From a candidate division FCPU426 bacterium (GTDB lineage: Bacteria; Oederibacteriota; Muellerivitia; Muellerivitales; Muellerivitaceae), in assembly GCA_963771075.1 (NCBI GenBank), contig CAVYSE010000001.1:32001-96000 (forward strand): 64,000 nt of DNA, read 5' to 3'. Numbering within the stretch: position 1 is the stretch's first letter; every line of letters starts with the position of its first letter. The translations under genes and the position numbers were made by a program. Positions 8,784 to 18,888 of the stretch are shown piece by piece. The notes under the pieces were generated by a model that saw only the letters and a list, made by a program, of their open reading frames with translations, was not told where the DNA came from and ran no database searches.

Positions 8784-10502
8784 CTTAAATGGCGTCCCCA
8801 GGTTTTTGCCGACATGGTCGGGCAAGAACACATTACCCGCTCTTTGCAGAACGCCATGAAGGCCGAGCGCGTGGCCCATGCTTACATCTTTGCCGGACCC
8901 CGTGGCGTGGGTAAGACCACTACCGCCCGCATCTTTGCCAAAGCCCTCAACTGCCGCGACCTGAAGAACGGTGAACCCTGCAACGTTTGCGACCTTTGCC
9001 AGGATGTGAACCAAGGGTCTTCGATGGACGTGATCGAGATCGATGCTGCTTCTTTCAACGGTGTGGACGATATCCGCAGCCTGCAAGAAACCGTCGCAAC
9101 CGCCCCCTCCAAGGCTAAATATAAGGTCTATATCTTTGACGAAGCACACCGGATCACCAAACAAGCCTTTGACGCCTTCTTGAAGACCCTGGAAGAGCCG
9201 CCCGCGCATGTCATCTTCATTTTGGCTTCGACTGAAATCCACCAGTTCCCCGCCACCGTCCAGTCCCGCTGCCAACGCTTCGAGTTCCGCGCGATGGGCA
9301 TGGATACCCTGGTCAAGCAATTGCGACGCATTACCGACGCTGAAGAGATCAAGATCGACGACAAGGGCCTCTATCAGATCGCTCGGGCCGCCCGCGGTTC
9401 CATGCGCGACAGCCAAAGGACCTTGGACCAGGTCGTGGCCTTCTCAGGAAAAGAAGTCAAAGCCGAAGATATCGCTATTGCCCTCGGCACCATTGAAGAA
9501 GAGGTTTATCTCAAGCTGGTCGAAGCCGCGGTGAACCAAGACGCTCCCTCCGCTTTGACCGTGACCAAGGCCGTCATCGATGGCGGCAAGGACCTGGAAC
9601 ATTTCTACGCCGGTTTGCTCGAAACCTTCCGCCACTTAGCGGTGGCCAAGGCTTATCCCGCTTCCGCTGCTCAATTCATTTCCCTGTCCGGCGAAGAAGT
9701 CGAAAAACTCGTGAAGTTCTCTTCCCAAATGGACGAGACCCAGATCCTCTCCTCCTTGCGTCTTCTCATTGAGCAAGAATGGGCCCTGCGCCATTCGAAC
9801 AACCCGCAGATCGTTCTAGAAACCGTCGTTTTGGAATTGTCCCATTTAAAACAGCTCACTTCGGTGAATGCTTTGTTGAAGCAGACCGAAGGCGGCGCGG
9901 CGCCGGTCTTGAACAACCCTAAACCCGCCATAGTTGCGCCCCGGCCAGCCGCTCCCATTGCCGCTCCTGCCTCGACCCCGACCTATTCTGCACCCGCCGC
10001 GCCTAAGGCTGCGGTTGTCATGGAAGGTGAGCCCGTATTAGCTGTTGATGAAATAGAAGAACCGATCGAGGCTGAAAGCAGCCCGGAGATGGCCAAGCTG
10101 AAATCCCAATGGCAAGAATTGTTGGAAAAGGTCGGCGCCAAGAACGCCACGATCAAAGCTGTCTTGAACGACACTCATCCGAAAAGCATCAAAGACGGCG
10201 TCTTAACCTTGTCCTGTAAAGGTCCCTTTCACTTCGACAAGCTGTCCGTTGCCGAGAACAGGGCTATTGTTGAAGGCATCATTTAAGAATTGCTGGGGTT
10301 GAAGCTCACCATAGTGCCCTTGGCGCCGCAAACCACTAAACCCGCCGCCGGGGATAAACCCACCATGCGGTCCCCCAAGTCGATGTCCACCGCCAAGGTG
10401 GATGTGAAAGAGATCGAGAAGGACGAGCCCGTTGTGGCCGCCGCCATGAAACTTTTTGGCGCCAAGGTCGTCGAGGTCAAACGCAACAACCCTTCAAAGT
10501 AA
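8784..10502 (+). pseudogene. dnaX: DNA polymerase III gamma/tau, missing its first few codons, with an in-frame TAA at 10284-10286
   Basis: KWRPQ.F...VGQEH, GPRGVGKTT, zinc-binding Cys cluster, EIDAAS, DEAH, KTLEEPP and SRCQ. The frame continues after TAA to ...KLFGAKVVEV. Confidence 0.9.
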
Positions 10503-10511
10503 AAAGCCGTT

Positions 10512-12218
10512 TCAAGATCCATTTTGCGAGTGAATCGAAAAACCGCTGAAGGCTCCGCATTTAAAGACCAATCGCGCGTAGATCTTCTTGTGAAAATTCT
10601 CCAGAACATACTGGTAGTAACGCAACCCCTCCCCGGTCGAGCAAATCACCAATACCCGCGGATTGTCCACTGCGTCCCGAAGAGGTTCTTTCACTCCAAA
10701 ACTTTCCAAACCATTCAAACTGGCCGGACTGGTCTGTGAAAAAGAAGATATCCAAAGATGAAAGGGCCGCAGACACTCGAGGTCATCGAAAGCACCAAAG
10801 CCTTCCAATGGGAACTGCCAGATCACATAAAGCCGATCAGATCGAGGCTGAGCGTCAATGAGATAGTCATGAAGGGTTTGTTGAGCATCCTGCCGCTGTC
10901 GGGCTTGTTGGTAATAACCTTTTAAATTCGGGAAACAAAGGATCAAAGCCGCTGCCAATACCGCGCCTTTTCCCCAAGAGACCAGATCTCTCCCCGTTTT
11001 AAAAGACTCTCCTTCGACGAGAGCCCAGCTCAATGAAAAGGCCAGCACCGGTAAAGTGACCCGGTCCGGCGCCCGCAAAAGATAGATCAGTCCCACGAAC
11101 AGAAGGAGTGTCCACAAGAACTGAGCAAGAAGGAATTTTCTCGCGGACGAAGAACAAAAAAGACCCAATATCAGGAGCGCCAAGATCATCCGCAGGTCCC
11201 AATCAGATAGCACCAATTCTTCTAAGCTGTGGAACGAAGCGGTCTTCCCTTCGGAACTCCATCGGGGAAAAGAAGCCCCGATCTTGCGAAAAGCTTCTAA
11301 GTTGAACTTTGCCGGGTCGGTATAATACCAATTCTTAAAAAGCCAAAGGTCGTTCTCAGTCCACCCCGCCGCGTCAAAGACCGGTTTGGTTTGGGCCGTA
11401 TAAAAAGGAACATGGTAGTCCTGAAGTTCTACCCGAGCCTGGTCAAAGTCGCGGTATTGCCGCCAAGCGGGATCGTTCTGGAACCAAAAGAAATGGAACA
11501 GTCCTAAGACCAATAACCCCGCTCCTATCAGGATAGGGAAGCCTTTTTTCTTAGCAATGAACTCCCGCCACTGAGGGTCTGAGAGACAAGAGATCCAAAG
11601 AGGAAGCGCGAGCACGAATGCCAGTGCTAATGAATCCATTCGGATCAAAGCGGAGAGCCATAAGAGGACCGTCCCAGTGACGAGTGATCCATTCGAAGGT
11701 TTTTCTTGGCCATCCCGGCCGGACAACAGGAAAATAAAAAGTCCCGCTTCGGCGGCCAATAGGGCCGTGATGGTGAACTGAAGAAAAACAAAAAAGAGGA
11801 AATAAACGCAGACCCACGCGATGGTGAAAAGGAGAACTCGTCCCCACACCAAAGCCTTTCGCAGTGAAAGCCAAAGAACGGCCCACAAAGCGCCGAACTG
11901 GGTCAGGCAGAGGAACCAGCCGTACCAAGGAAAGGTCTGCCGCCAGCGATAAAGCTCCCGCAAAAAGTAGCCCAAAAGAACGTTGGAGTAACCGATAAAA
12001 GGTGAAGCCTGGCCCGAAGCATTGATGCCTTTGACCGCCAGGACCTTGAAAATGTCATCGTTGACCAGGAAGAATGGCTTGATAAAAAACAATTGGATGC
12101 TGAAGAGGATTAGCGTTATTGTGAACGACGCCAACGCGGGGTTGTCGCCGAAAACCCGCGAAGGTCGGTTCTCGGCCTTTGCGGCAAGAGGATGTTTGGG
12201 TTGAGAAAGACGGGGCAT
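10512..12218 (-). CDS. Multi-pass membrane protein of unknown function (possibly GT-C-like)
   Basis: About 10 TM segments and an NDD motif after TM1. ATG at 12218 follows a TGATAAAAT extended -10-like site. The frame stays open to 12323 through the repeat. Confidence 0.75.
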   Translation of the reverse strand: MPRLSQPKHPLAAKAENRPSRVFGDNPALASFTITLILFSIQLFFIKPFFLVNDDIFKVLAVKGINASGQASPFIGYSNVLLGYFLRELYRWRQTFPWYGWFLCLTQFGALWAVLWLSLRKALVWGRVLLFTIAWVCVYFLFFVFLQFTITALLAAEAGLFIFLLSGRDGQEKPSNGSLVTGTVLLWLSALIRMDSLALAFVLALPLWISCLSDPQWREFIAKKKGFPILIGAGLLVLGLFHFFWFQNDPAWRQYRDFDQARVELQDYHVPFYTAQTKPVFDAAGWTENDLWLFKNWYYTDPAKFNLEAFRKIGASFPRWSSEGKTASFHSLEELVLSDWDLRMILALLILGLFCSSSARKFLLAQFLWTLLLFVGLIYLLRAPDRVTLPVLAFSLSWALVEGESFKTGRDLVSWGKGAVLAAALILCFPNLKGYYQQARQRQDAQQTLHDYLIDAQPRSDRLYVIWQFPLEGFGAFDDLECLRPFHLWISSFSQTSPASLNGLESFGVKEPLRDAVDNPRVLVICSTGEGLRYYQYVLENFHKKIYARLVFKCGAFSGFSIHSQNGS

Positions 12219-12260
12219 ACCTGGGATTTTATCAAACCCCTCTTCCAGCCTTGCGGTTAT

Positions 12261-12297
12261 GTTGCACACCATCCTTTTTGCGAGGGCCATGTGCAGG
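12261..12297. repeat. 37-bp CRISPR-type repeat, cas2-proximal copy
   Basis: Exact match to 8747-8783. Confidence 0.95.
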
Positions 12298-12319
12298 AGC
12301 CTGTAATTATTGGATTTTT

Positions 12320-12655
12320 TCAATGTTCAGCCGAATTCGGCGTGATTTGGATAAGTTCAAATGCAGATTCAATGTCAACATCATCTTTCATAGAACTTAG
12401 CGTACCACTGAAAACCGAATCCTCAAAGCACGACCGGCAGAGCGTACTGACAAAAAACTTCTCGGTCTTCTTTGCGAATGTCCCCTTGAATTGTTTCTCG
12501 AGTTTATCCCGTTCTTTTGAATACAATTTCCCGATATACATATTCCGTAAAACCGGCTTGAGACCATAATTCTTGCACCACTGAACCGCCTTGTCCCGAT
12601 GCCGCCAGTTGCGCGTTTCCCACGATACTAGGGTAATGGCATTGAAATTGTTCAT
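12320..12655 (-). CDS. cas2: Divergent Cas2-like protein
   Basis: Overlaps the cas1 stop (ATGA). The LVSWE...R.K....CKNYGL..V....Y.G.L...E...L and LCxxC pattern follows the Cas2 layout. Confidence 0.75.
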   Translation of the reverse strand: MNNFNAITLVSWETRNWRHRDKAVQWCKNYGLKPVLRNMYIGKLYSKERDKLEKQFKGTFAKKTEKFFVSTLCRSCFEDSVFSGTLSSMKDDVDIESAFELIQITPNSAEH

Positions 12656-13662
12656 GATATCGAAAAAAGTTTTTCCGCTCGAAATGGATTGTACTTGCCT
12701 TCCTTTTCAACAAAGTGGCGAGCCAACGCCCTAATCTGGTTATCGATGATCTGCTTAAGAGTATATTGCTTGCCCCGCCATGCCGTCATTTCATTCAACC
12801 GCTTCATGATGGCACCTACCACGACGCTTTTTCCTTCAGGTGATAACAGATATTTACCAACCGCGATTTTTTCAAAATATTTCCGTTGGTTCAGTTTCTT
12901 TTCTATGAAAAGCGGGAAAAGCACCGAGTCGACGATTGGTACGCGGAATTCTTCGACAAGATCGAGCACGAGGGCAGGCTTACCATAGCGTTCACTGTGG
13001 TAGAGGCCGAGATATGGATCAAGACCGACGTAAAGACATGCCCGTTCGACTTCATTGTAAAGGATGCCGTAGCCGTAATTCAGTACGCTGTTAAACTGGT
13101 CTCTGCCTTGTGGTTTACGGCCCGGGAATCTATGGAATTTCTTTAGCCCGCTGAAATATTTGTCAGCGATGTATCCCTCGGTACCAAGGAGTTGCTCCTT
13201 GCCCTTCTCTGAACACGGAACATTGTCCAAGACATCAAAAAGTGTCTGTGCTTGTAAGAGCTCCGTCCCCACATCTTTTTTGTATCGATACGCGAGATAT
13301 CGGAGTAGATCGAGCTGATTAGCGCATTTGCCTCGCACTAATTCTTTCGCGATATTGAACGATCGCTCAAGCGAAGTTGATGCTTCCAGTTGGGCTTTAC
13401 GAAGACTCGCCAGGCCTTTTGGTTCGCTTGAAAATACTCTTCCGATGGGTTTGCCAAATGAACCGAGATAGACGATATCAACATCGTGCTCAATCGCGAG
13501 CTGAACCGCATGAGTCGTGAGCGAGGCCGGCCGAAGTATAACTATTTTCTCCAGTCTATGGATCGGGTATTCTTTTTTCTCTTTAACTTTCGGAAAAGAA
13601 AGGACGATGCGCTCCCCAATTGTGCCGATCTTGGTACCGTAAGTATCAATAAGCAAGTCCAT
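12652..13662 (-). CDS. cas1: CRISPR-associated integrase Cas1 (336 aa from MDLLID)
   Basis: LLGTEG (catalytic E), NSVLNYGYGILY, GLDPYLGLYH (catalytic H) and LVLDLVEEFR (catalytic acidic residues). Confidence 0.95.
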   Translation of the reverse strand: MDLLIDTYGTKIGTIGERIVLSFPKVKEKKEYPIHRLEKIVILRPASLTTHAVQLAIEHDVDIVYLGSFGKPIGRVFSSEPKGLASLRKAQLEASTSLERSFNIAKELVRGKCANQLDLLRYLAYRYKKDVGTELLQAQTLFDVLDNVPCSEKGKEQLLGTEGYIADKYFSGLKKFHRFPGRKPQGRDQFNSVLNYGYGILYNEVERACLYVGLDPYLGLYHSERYGKPALVLDLVEEFRVPIVDSVLFPLFIEKKLNQRKYFEKIAVGKYLLSPEGKSVVVGAIMKRLNEMTAWRGKQYTLKQIIDNQIRALARHFVEKEGKYNPFRAEKLFSIS

Positions 13663-13663
13663 G

Positions 13664-13675
13664 TGGCCTGTCCCC
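13664..13675 (+). repeat. Copy of the transposase end motif at the cas1 start
   Basis: TGGCCTGTCCCC versus TGGCCTGACCCC at 8565-8576 (11/12 identical). Confidence 0.45.
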
Positions 13676-13975
13676 CAAATTTCGTAAACCATCCTTGTAT
13701 AATTACGTACAATATTTAATAAACCAGCATCTGAAAATATAATTCCTCCAGATATTCTTGATTCGAAACAAAAGCAAAATGATTTGAGCGGAAAAAACAA
13801 ATTTGAAGAAAACCCTACCTTCTTGGCTGTTCCTGGCTGGTAGCTTTGCTTGAAAATGCCCCCAATCTGTTGTATTTTAGCTCCCCTTTCTTTACCTTTA
13901 GCGTGTGGGCCCAAATGTGGGCCTTTTTTTTACCCATGAATAGGAAAACCTGATTCCCGTGTGTGGAGTGAAGAG

Positions 13976-16900
13976 ATGAATAACTCGCCGATAACGCCCA
14001 ACCCCAACGAAAACCTACTCAGCCCCTTTGATATGGGGAAAGATTCCTGCGGCGTGGGTTTCGTGGCGGATATGAAGAACCGCAAAAGCCATGAGATCGT
14101 CCAGCAGGGCGTCGAGATTCTCCTGAACCTTTCCCACCGGGGCGCGTGCGGGTGCGAAACCAATACCGGCGACGGGGCCGGAATCCTGATCCAAATTCCC
14201 GACAAGTTCTTGCGCAAATTCGCCAAAAATTCCGGTTTTGAATTGCCTGTGGCGGGGGATTATGGCGTCGGGGTGGTCTTTTTGCCCAAACGGCCCGACC
14301 ACATTCAATATTGCGAGGAAGTCATTTCGCGCGTGGTGAAAGAAGAAGGCCAAACCATCCTGGGTTGGCGCTTGGTACCCACCGACAATTCCGAAGTGGG
14401 GCCCACGGCCAGGGTCTCCGAGCCCGTCATGAAGCAGGTTTTCATCGGCAAGGGCAAAGACATCAAGAACCAGGACGCTTTCGAGCGCAAACTGTACCTT
14501 ATAAGGAAGCGCATCGAGCATACGGTGGCCGCTTCCATCCTCACCGAAAAGAACCTTTTCTACTTCGCCAGCTTCTCCTGCCGCACCCTCGTTTATAAGG
14601 GCATGCTTACGCCCGGCCAGGTTTCGCCCTATTTCCCCGATTTGAGGGACAAGGACGTCGAATCCGCCTTGGCGCTGGTGCACAGCCGTTTCTCGACCAA
14701 CACCTTCCCCTCGTGGGACCTGGCGCACCCTTTCCGCTATATCGCCCACAACGGCGAAATCAACACCCTGCGGGGCAACATCAACTGGATGCACGCCCGA
14801 GAAGCCCTCTTCGCCAGCGATTACTACACCCCCGACGAAATGAAGAAGCTTTTGCCCATCATTCGGGAAGGGCAATCCGACTCGGCCACCTTCGACAACG
14901 CCCTGGAAATACTGGTGATGGCCGGGCGGCCCCTGCCGCACGCCATGATGATGCTGATTCCCGAGGCCTGGAGCGGTCACGCCACCATGCCCCAATATAA
15001 GAAGGATTTTTACCGCTACCATTCCTGCCTGATGGAACCCTGGGACGGCCCGGCCTCCATCGCCTTCACCGACGGCCGTGTCATTGGCGCGGTGTTGGAC
15101 CGGAACGGTCTCAGACCCTCCCGTTATTACGTGACCAAGGACGACCTGGTCATCATGGCGAGCGAAGTGGGCGTGCTGGAAGTGGAACCTTCGCGCGTGG
15201 CCAAGAAGGGAAGGCTGGAACCCGGAAAGATGTTCCTGATCGACCTGGCGGAAGGCCGGATCATCGACGATTCGGAACTGAAAGAGAAGATTTCCAAGGC
15301 CCACTCCTACGGCGAGTGGCTGCAGGAAAACCTGGTGACCCTGGAGACGCCTGCCCGACGCCCCCCACGTGCCCGAACCGGACCACGACACGGTCTTGAA
15401 GCGCCAAAAGGCCTTCGGTTACACGCACGAGGAGATCAAGATTTTGATGACCCCCATGACGGTTAATGGGGAAGAGCCGGTCGGCGCCATGGGCGACGAC
15501 ACCCCCTTGGCCGTGCTTTCCGACCAGCCGCAAAGCCTTTTCAACTACTTTAAACAGCTCTTCGCCCAGGTCACCAACCCGCCCCTGGACGCTATACGCG
15601 AGGAACTGGTGACTTCGGTGGTCACCACCGTGGGCCCCGAGGGGAACCTGTTGAAACCCTCGCCAGAGAGCTGCCGCCAGATCGAGCTGAAATGCGCGGT
15701 GTTGGACAACGACGAACTGGCCAAATTCACCCACATCAACCACAAGGGGTTCAAATCCGTCTCCATCCCCATCCTCTATAAGGTCTCGGAAGGGGAAGCG
15801 GCCCTGGCGATGTCCATGGAAGACCTGCAAAAGAAAGCCAGCCAAGCCGTGAAGGACGGCTTCCAAATCATCATCCTTTCCGACCGGGGCATGGACCACG
15901 ACCTGGCCCCCATCCCCAGCCTTTTGGCCATTGCCGGGGTGCACCACCACCTGATTCGCAACGGCGAGCGCACCAAGGTGGGCTTGATCATCGAAACGGG
16001 CGAGCCCCGCGAAGTGCACCATTTCGGCCTGCTGTTGGGCTACGGCGCCAACGCCATCAACCCCTACCTGGCCTTCGAGACCCTGGATGACATGATCCGC
16101 CGCAAGATCCTGCCCTCGGACCTCGACCACAAGATGGCCGTGAAGAAATACATCAAGGCCTGCAACAAGGGCATCGTGAAGATCATGTCCAAGATGGGCA
16201 TCTCGACCATCCAGAGCTACCGGGGCGCCCAGATTTTCGAGGCCATCGGCCTGAACAAGGAATTCGTCGACAAGTATTTCACCTGGACCGCCACCCGCAT
16301 CGGCGGCATCGGATTGAAGGAACTGGCGCAGGAACTGGAAAAACGCCACCGCGGCGCCTTCCCCGAGAGGCCCGACCGGGAACTGGATTTGGACTGGGGC
16401 GGCCGCTACCAATGGCGCCGCGACGGGGAAAAGCATCTTTTCAACCCCGAGACCATCCACAAACTGCAAACCTCGGCCAAGACCGGCTCTTACAAGGTCT
16501 ATAAGGAATACGCCCAGGCCGTTAACGACCAGTCGAAGGCCCTCTGCACCTTCCGGGGTCTGTTCGGCTTCAAGAAGGGCAACCCCATCCCCCTGGACCA
16601 GGTGGAACCCGCTAGCGAAATCGTGAAGCGTTTCGCCACCGGGGCCATGAGCTACGGCTCCATCAGCCAGGAAGCCCACCAGACGCTGGCCATCGCCATG
16701 AACCGCCTCGGCGGCAAGTCGAACACCGGCGAGGGCGGCGAGGACGAGGCCCGTTATATCCCGGAACCTAACGGAGACTCGCGCAATTCGGCCATCAAGC
16801 AGGTGGCCTCGGGCCGGTTCGGGGTGACCAGCAATTACCTGGTCAACGCCAGGGAACTGCAGATCAAGATGGCGCAAGGCGCCAAGCCCGGCGAGGGCGG

Positions 16901-18525
16901 GCAGTTGCCCGGCAAGAAGGTTTACCCCTGGATCGCCAAGACCCGTTTTTCGACCCCCTTCGTCCAGCTCATCTCGCCGCCGCCGCACCATGACATCTAT
17001 TCCATCGAGGACCTGGCCCAGCTCATCCACGACCTGAAGAACGCCAACAAGAACGCCCGCATTTCCGTGAAGCTGGTGGCGGAAGTGGGGGTGGGCACGG
17101 TCGCCGCCGGGGTCTCGAAGGCCCACGCGGACCATGTGCTGATCTCCGGCTTTGACGGCGGCACGGGCGCTTCTCCCCTGACTTCCATCAAGCACGCGGG
17201 CATCCCCTGGGAACTGGGGCTGGCCGAGACGCACCAGATTTTGGTCAAGAACCGCCTGCGGGACCGCATCGTGGTGATGACCGACGGACAGTTGAAGACC
17301 GGCCGGGACGTGGCCGTGGCCTGCCTTTTGGGCGCCGAGGAATTCGGTTTCGCCACCGCCGCTTTGGTGGCCGAGGGATGCATCATGATGCGCGTTTGCA
17401 ACCTGGATACCTGCCCCGTCGGGGTCGCCACCCAAAACCCGGAACTGCGCAAGAAGTTCACGGGCAAGCCCGAATACGTGGTGAATTTCATGATGTTCGT
17501 GGCCGAGGAGATGCGCGAGATCATGGCGCAACTGGGTTACAAGACCGTCAACGAGATGGTGGGCCATTCGGATATGCTGGAAACCAACCACGCCATCGCC
17601 CACTGGAAGTCCAAGGGGCTCGACTTCTCCGCCATTTTCCACCGCCCCGCCGAATCGAACCTGGGGCCGGTCTATTGCGTGAACAAGCAGGACCACGGCC
17701 TGGACAAGGCGCTGGATAACGAGGTCTTGATCGAAAAGTGCCGCCCGGCCCTGGACGACAAGAAGCCCGTGAAGTTCGAGACGCCGATTAGAAACATCAA
17801 CCGCACGGTGGGGACCCTGCTGGGCGCCGAGATTTCGCGCAAGTACGGCTCCAAGGGCCTGCCGGACGACACCATCCAGATCACCTTCCACGGCTCGGCG
17901 GGGAACAGCTTTGGGGCCTTCGTGCCCAAGGGGATGACCCTGCGCCTGGAGGGCGACGCCAACGACTACCTGGGCAAGGGATTGTGCGGCGGAAAGATCA
18001 TCGTTTATCCCCCGAAGGACGCCACCTTTACCCCCGAGGAAAACATCCTCGTCGGGCAACGTGCTCCTCTACGGCGCCACCAGCGGGGAAGCCTACCTGC
18101 GCGGCAAGGCCGGGGAACGCTTCTGCGTCCGTAATTCCGGCGTGCACGCGGTGGTGGAGGGCGTGGGCGACCACGGGTGCGAATACATGACCGGCGGCCG
18201 GGTGGTCGTCATCGGGGACACGGGCCGCAATTTCGCGGCAGGCATGAGCGGCGGGATCGCCTACGTGTGGAACAAGACCGGCGATTTCCCGGTGCGCTGC
18301 AACCAGGACATGGTCGATTTGGATCCGTTGGATTCGGAGGACCTGAAGATCGTTTCCGAGATGCTGAGAAAGCACCAGGAATACACCCACAGCCCGGTCG
18401 CGGCCGGATTGCTGAAGGACTGGGAGAAGCATTCGAGGCAGTTCGTGAAGATCTTCCCCAAGGACTACAAGAAGGCCCTGGCGGAACAAAAGAAAGCCGC
18501 CGCCGAAAAAGGCGCGGTGGCGTAA
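13976..18525 (+). CDS. gltB: Glutamate synthase large subunit, split by two apparent single-base insertions (~15350, ~18055)
   Basis: CGVGF N-terminal nucleophile, [31 protein letters not shown] and [11 protein letters not shown], spread over three frames. Confidence 0.95.
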
Positions 18526-18529
18526 AACC

Positions 18530-18845
18530 AAAAGCCAACGAGACGGGGAACCAAGAGCCAACGCAAAGCCGCAAAGACGCAAAGGAAGGCAAGAAGAAGG
18601 GTTTAAAACCGAGACGAAAACAAGGCGAACTAAAACCCACGGCCAACACGAAGACACGAAGAAAGACGAGATAAAAGAGATTAGAACCAAAGGCCACGAA
18701 AAGGCGAACTAAAACCCAAGGCCAACGCAAAGCCGCAAAGTTTAAGAAAAGGGTAAAAACCGAAGCCGAAAATTGTAAAGATGTTCTAAGGGTTTTGAAC
18801 AAAACTTATTGTCGTTCTTGGCGGCTTGGCGTCTTTGCGTTGGAT
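18530..18845. repeat. REP/REPIN-like repetitive spacer between gltB and gltD
   Basis: GCCAACGCAAAGCCGCAAAG twice, AAGGCGAACTAAAACCCA twice, and an inverted copy CTTGGCGGCTTGGCGTCTTTGCGTTGG at ~18818-18843. Confidence 0.65.
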
Positions 18846-18888
18846 GTTGGTTTGGGATGTTGGTTTATTAATTTTTTTTGAGGAAGAA

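Larger units (their letters stand above)
8747..12297. CRISPR. Minimal CRISPR-like array: two identical 37-bp repeats and one 3477-bp spacer
   Basis: GTTGCACACCATCCTTTTTGCGAGGGCCATGTGCAGG at 8747-8783 and 12261-12297, with palindromic TGCACA/TGTGCA arms, 22 bp from the cas2 stop. Confidence 0.75.

Noticed and set aside
10284..10286. dnaX stop as a programmed gamma/tau switch
   Set aside because: It is an in-frame TAA about 70 codons from the end, not a slippery-site frameshift.
8747..13662. Casposon interpretation
   Set aside because: No family B polymerase or TIRs are seen, cas1 lies outside the duplicated 37-mer, and it is paired with cas2.
13688..13696. ACCATCCTT upstream of cas1 as an anti-repeat or tracrRNA
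   Set aside because: Only a 9-bp match to the repeat, and no effector is present.
13663..13914. 84-aa N-terminal extension of Cas1 in the ORF track
   Set aside because: Cas1 similarity starts at MDLLID (13662); the upstream part looks like intergenic promoter sequence.
14015..18059. Long minus-strand ORFs (458 and 932 aa)
   Set aside because: Antisense shadows of GC-rich gltB.
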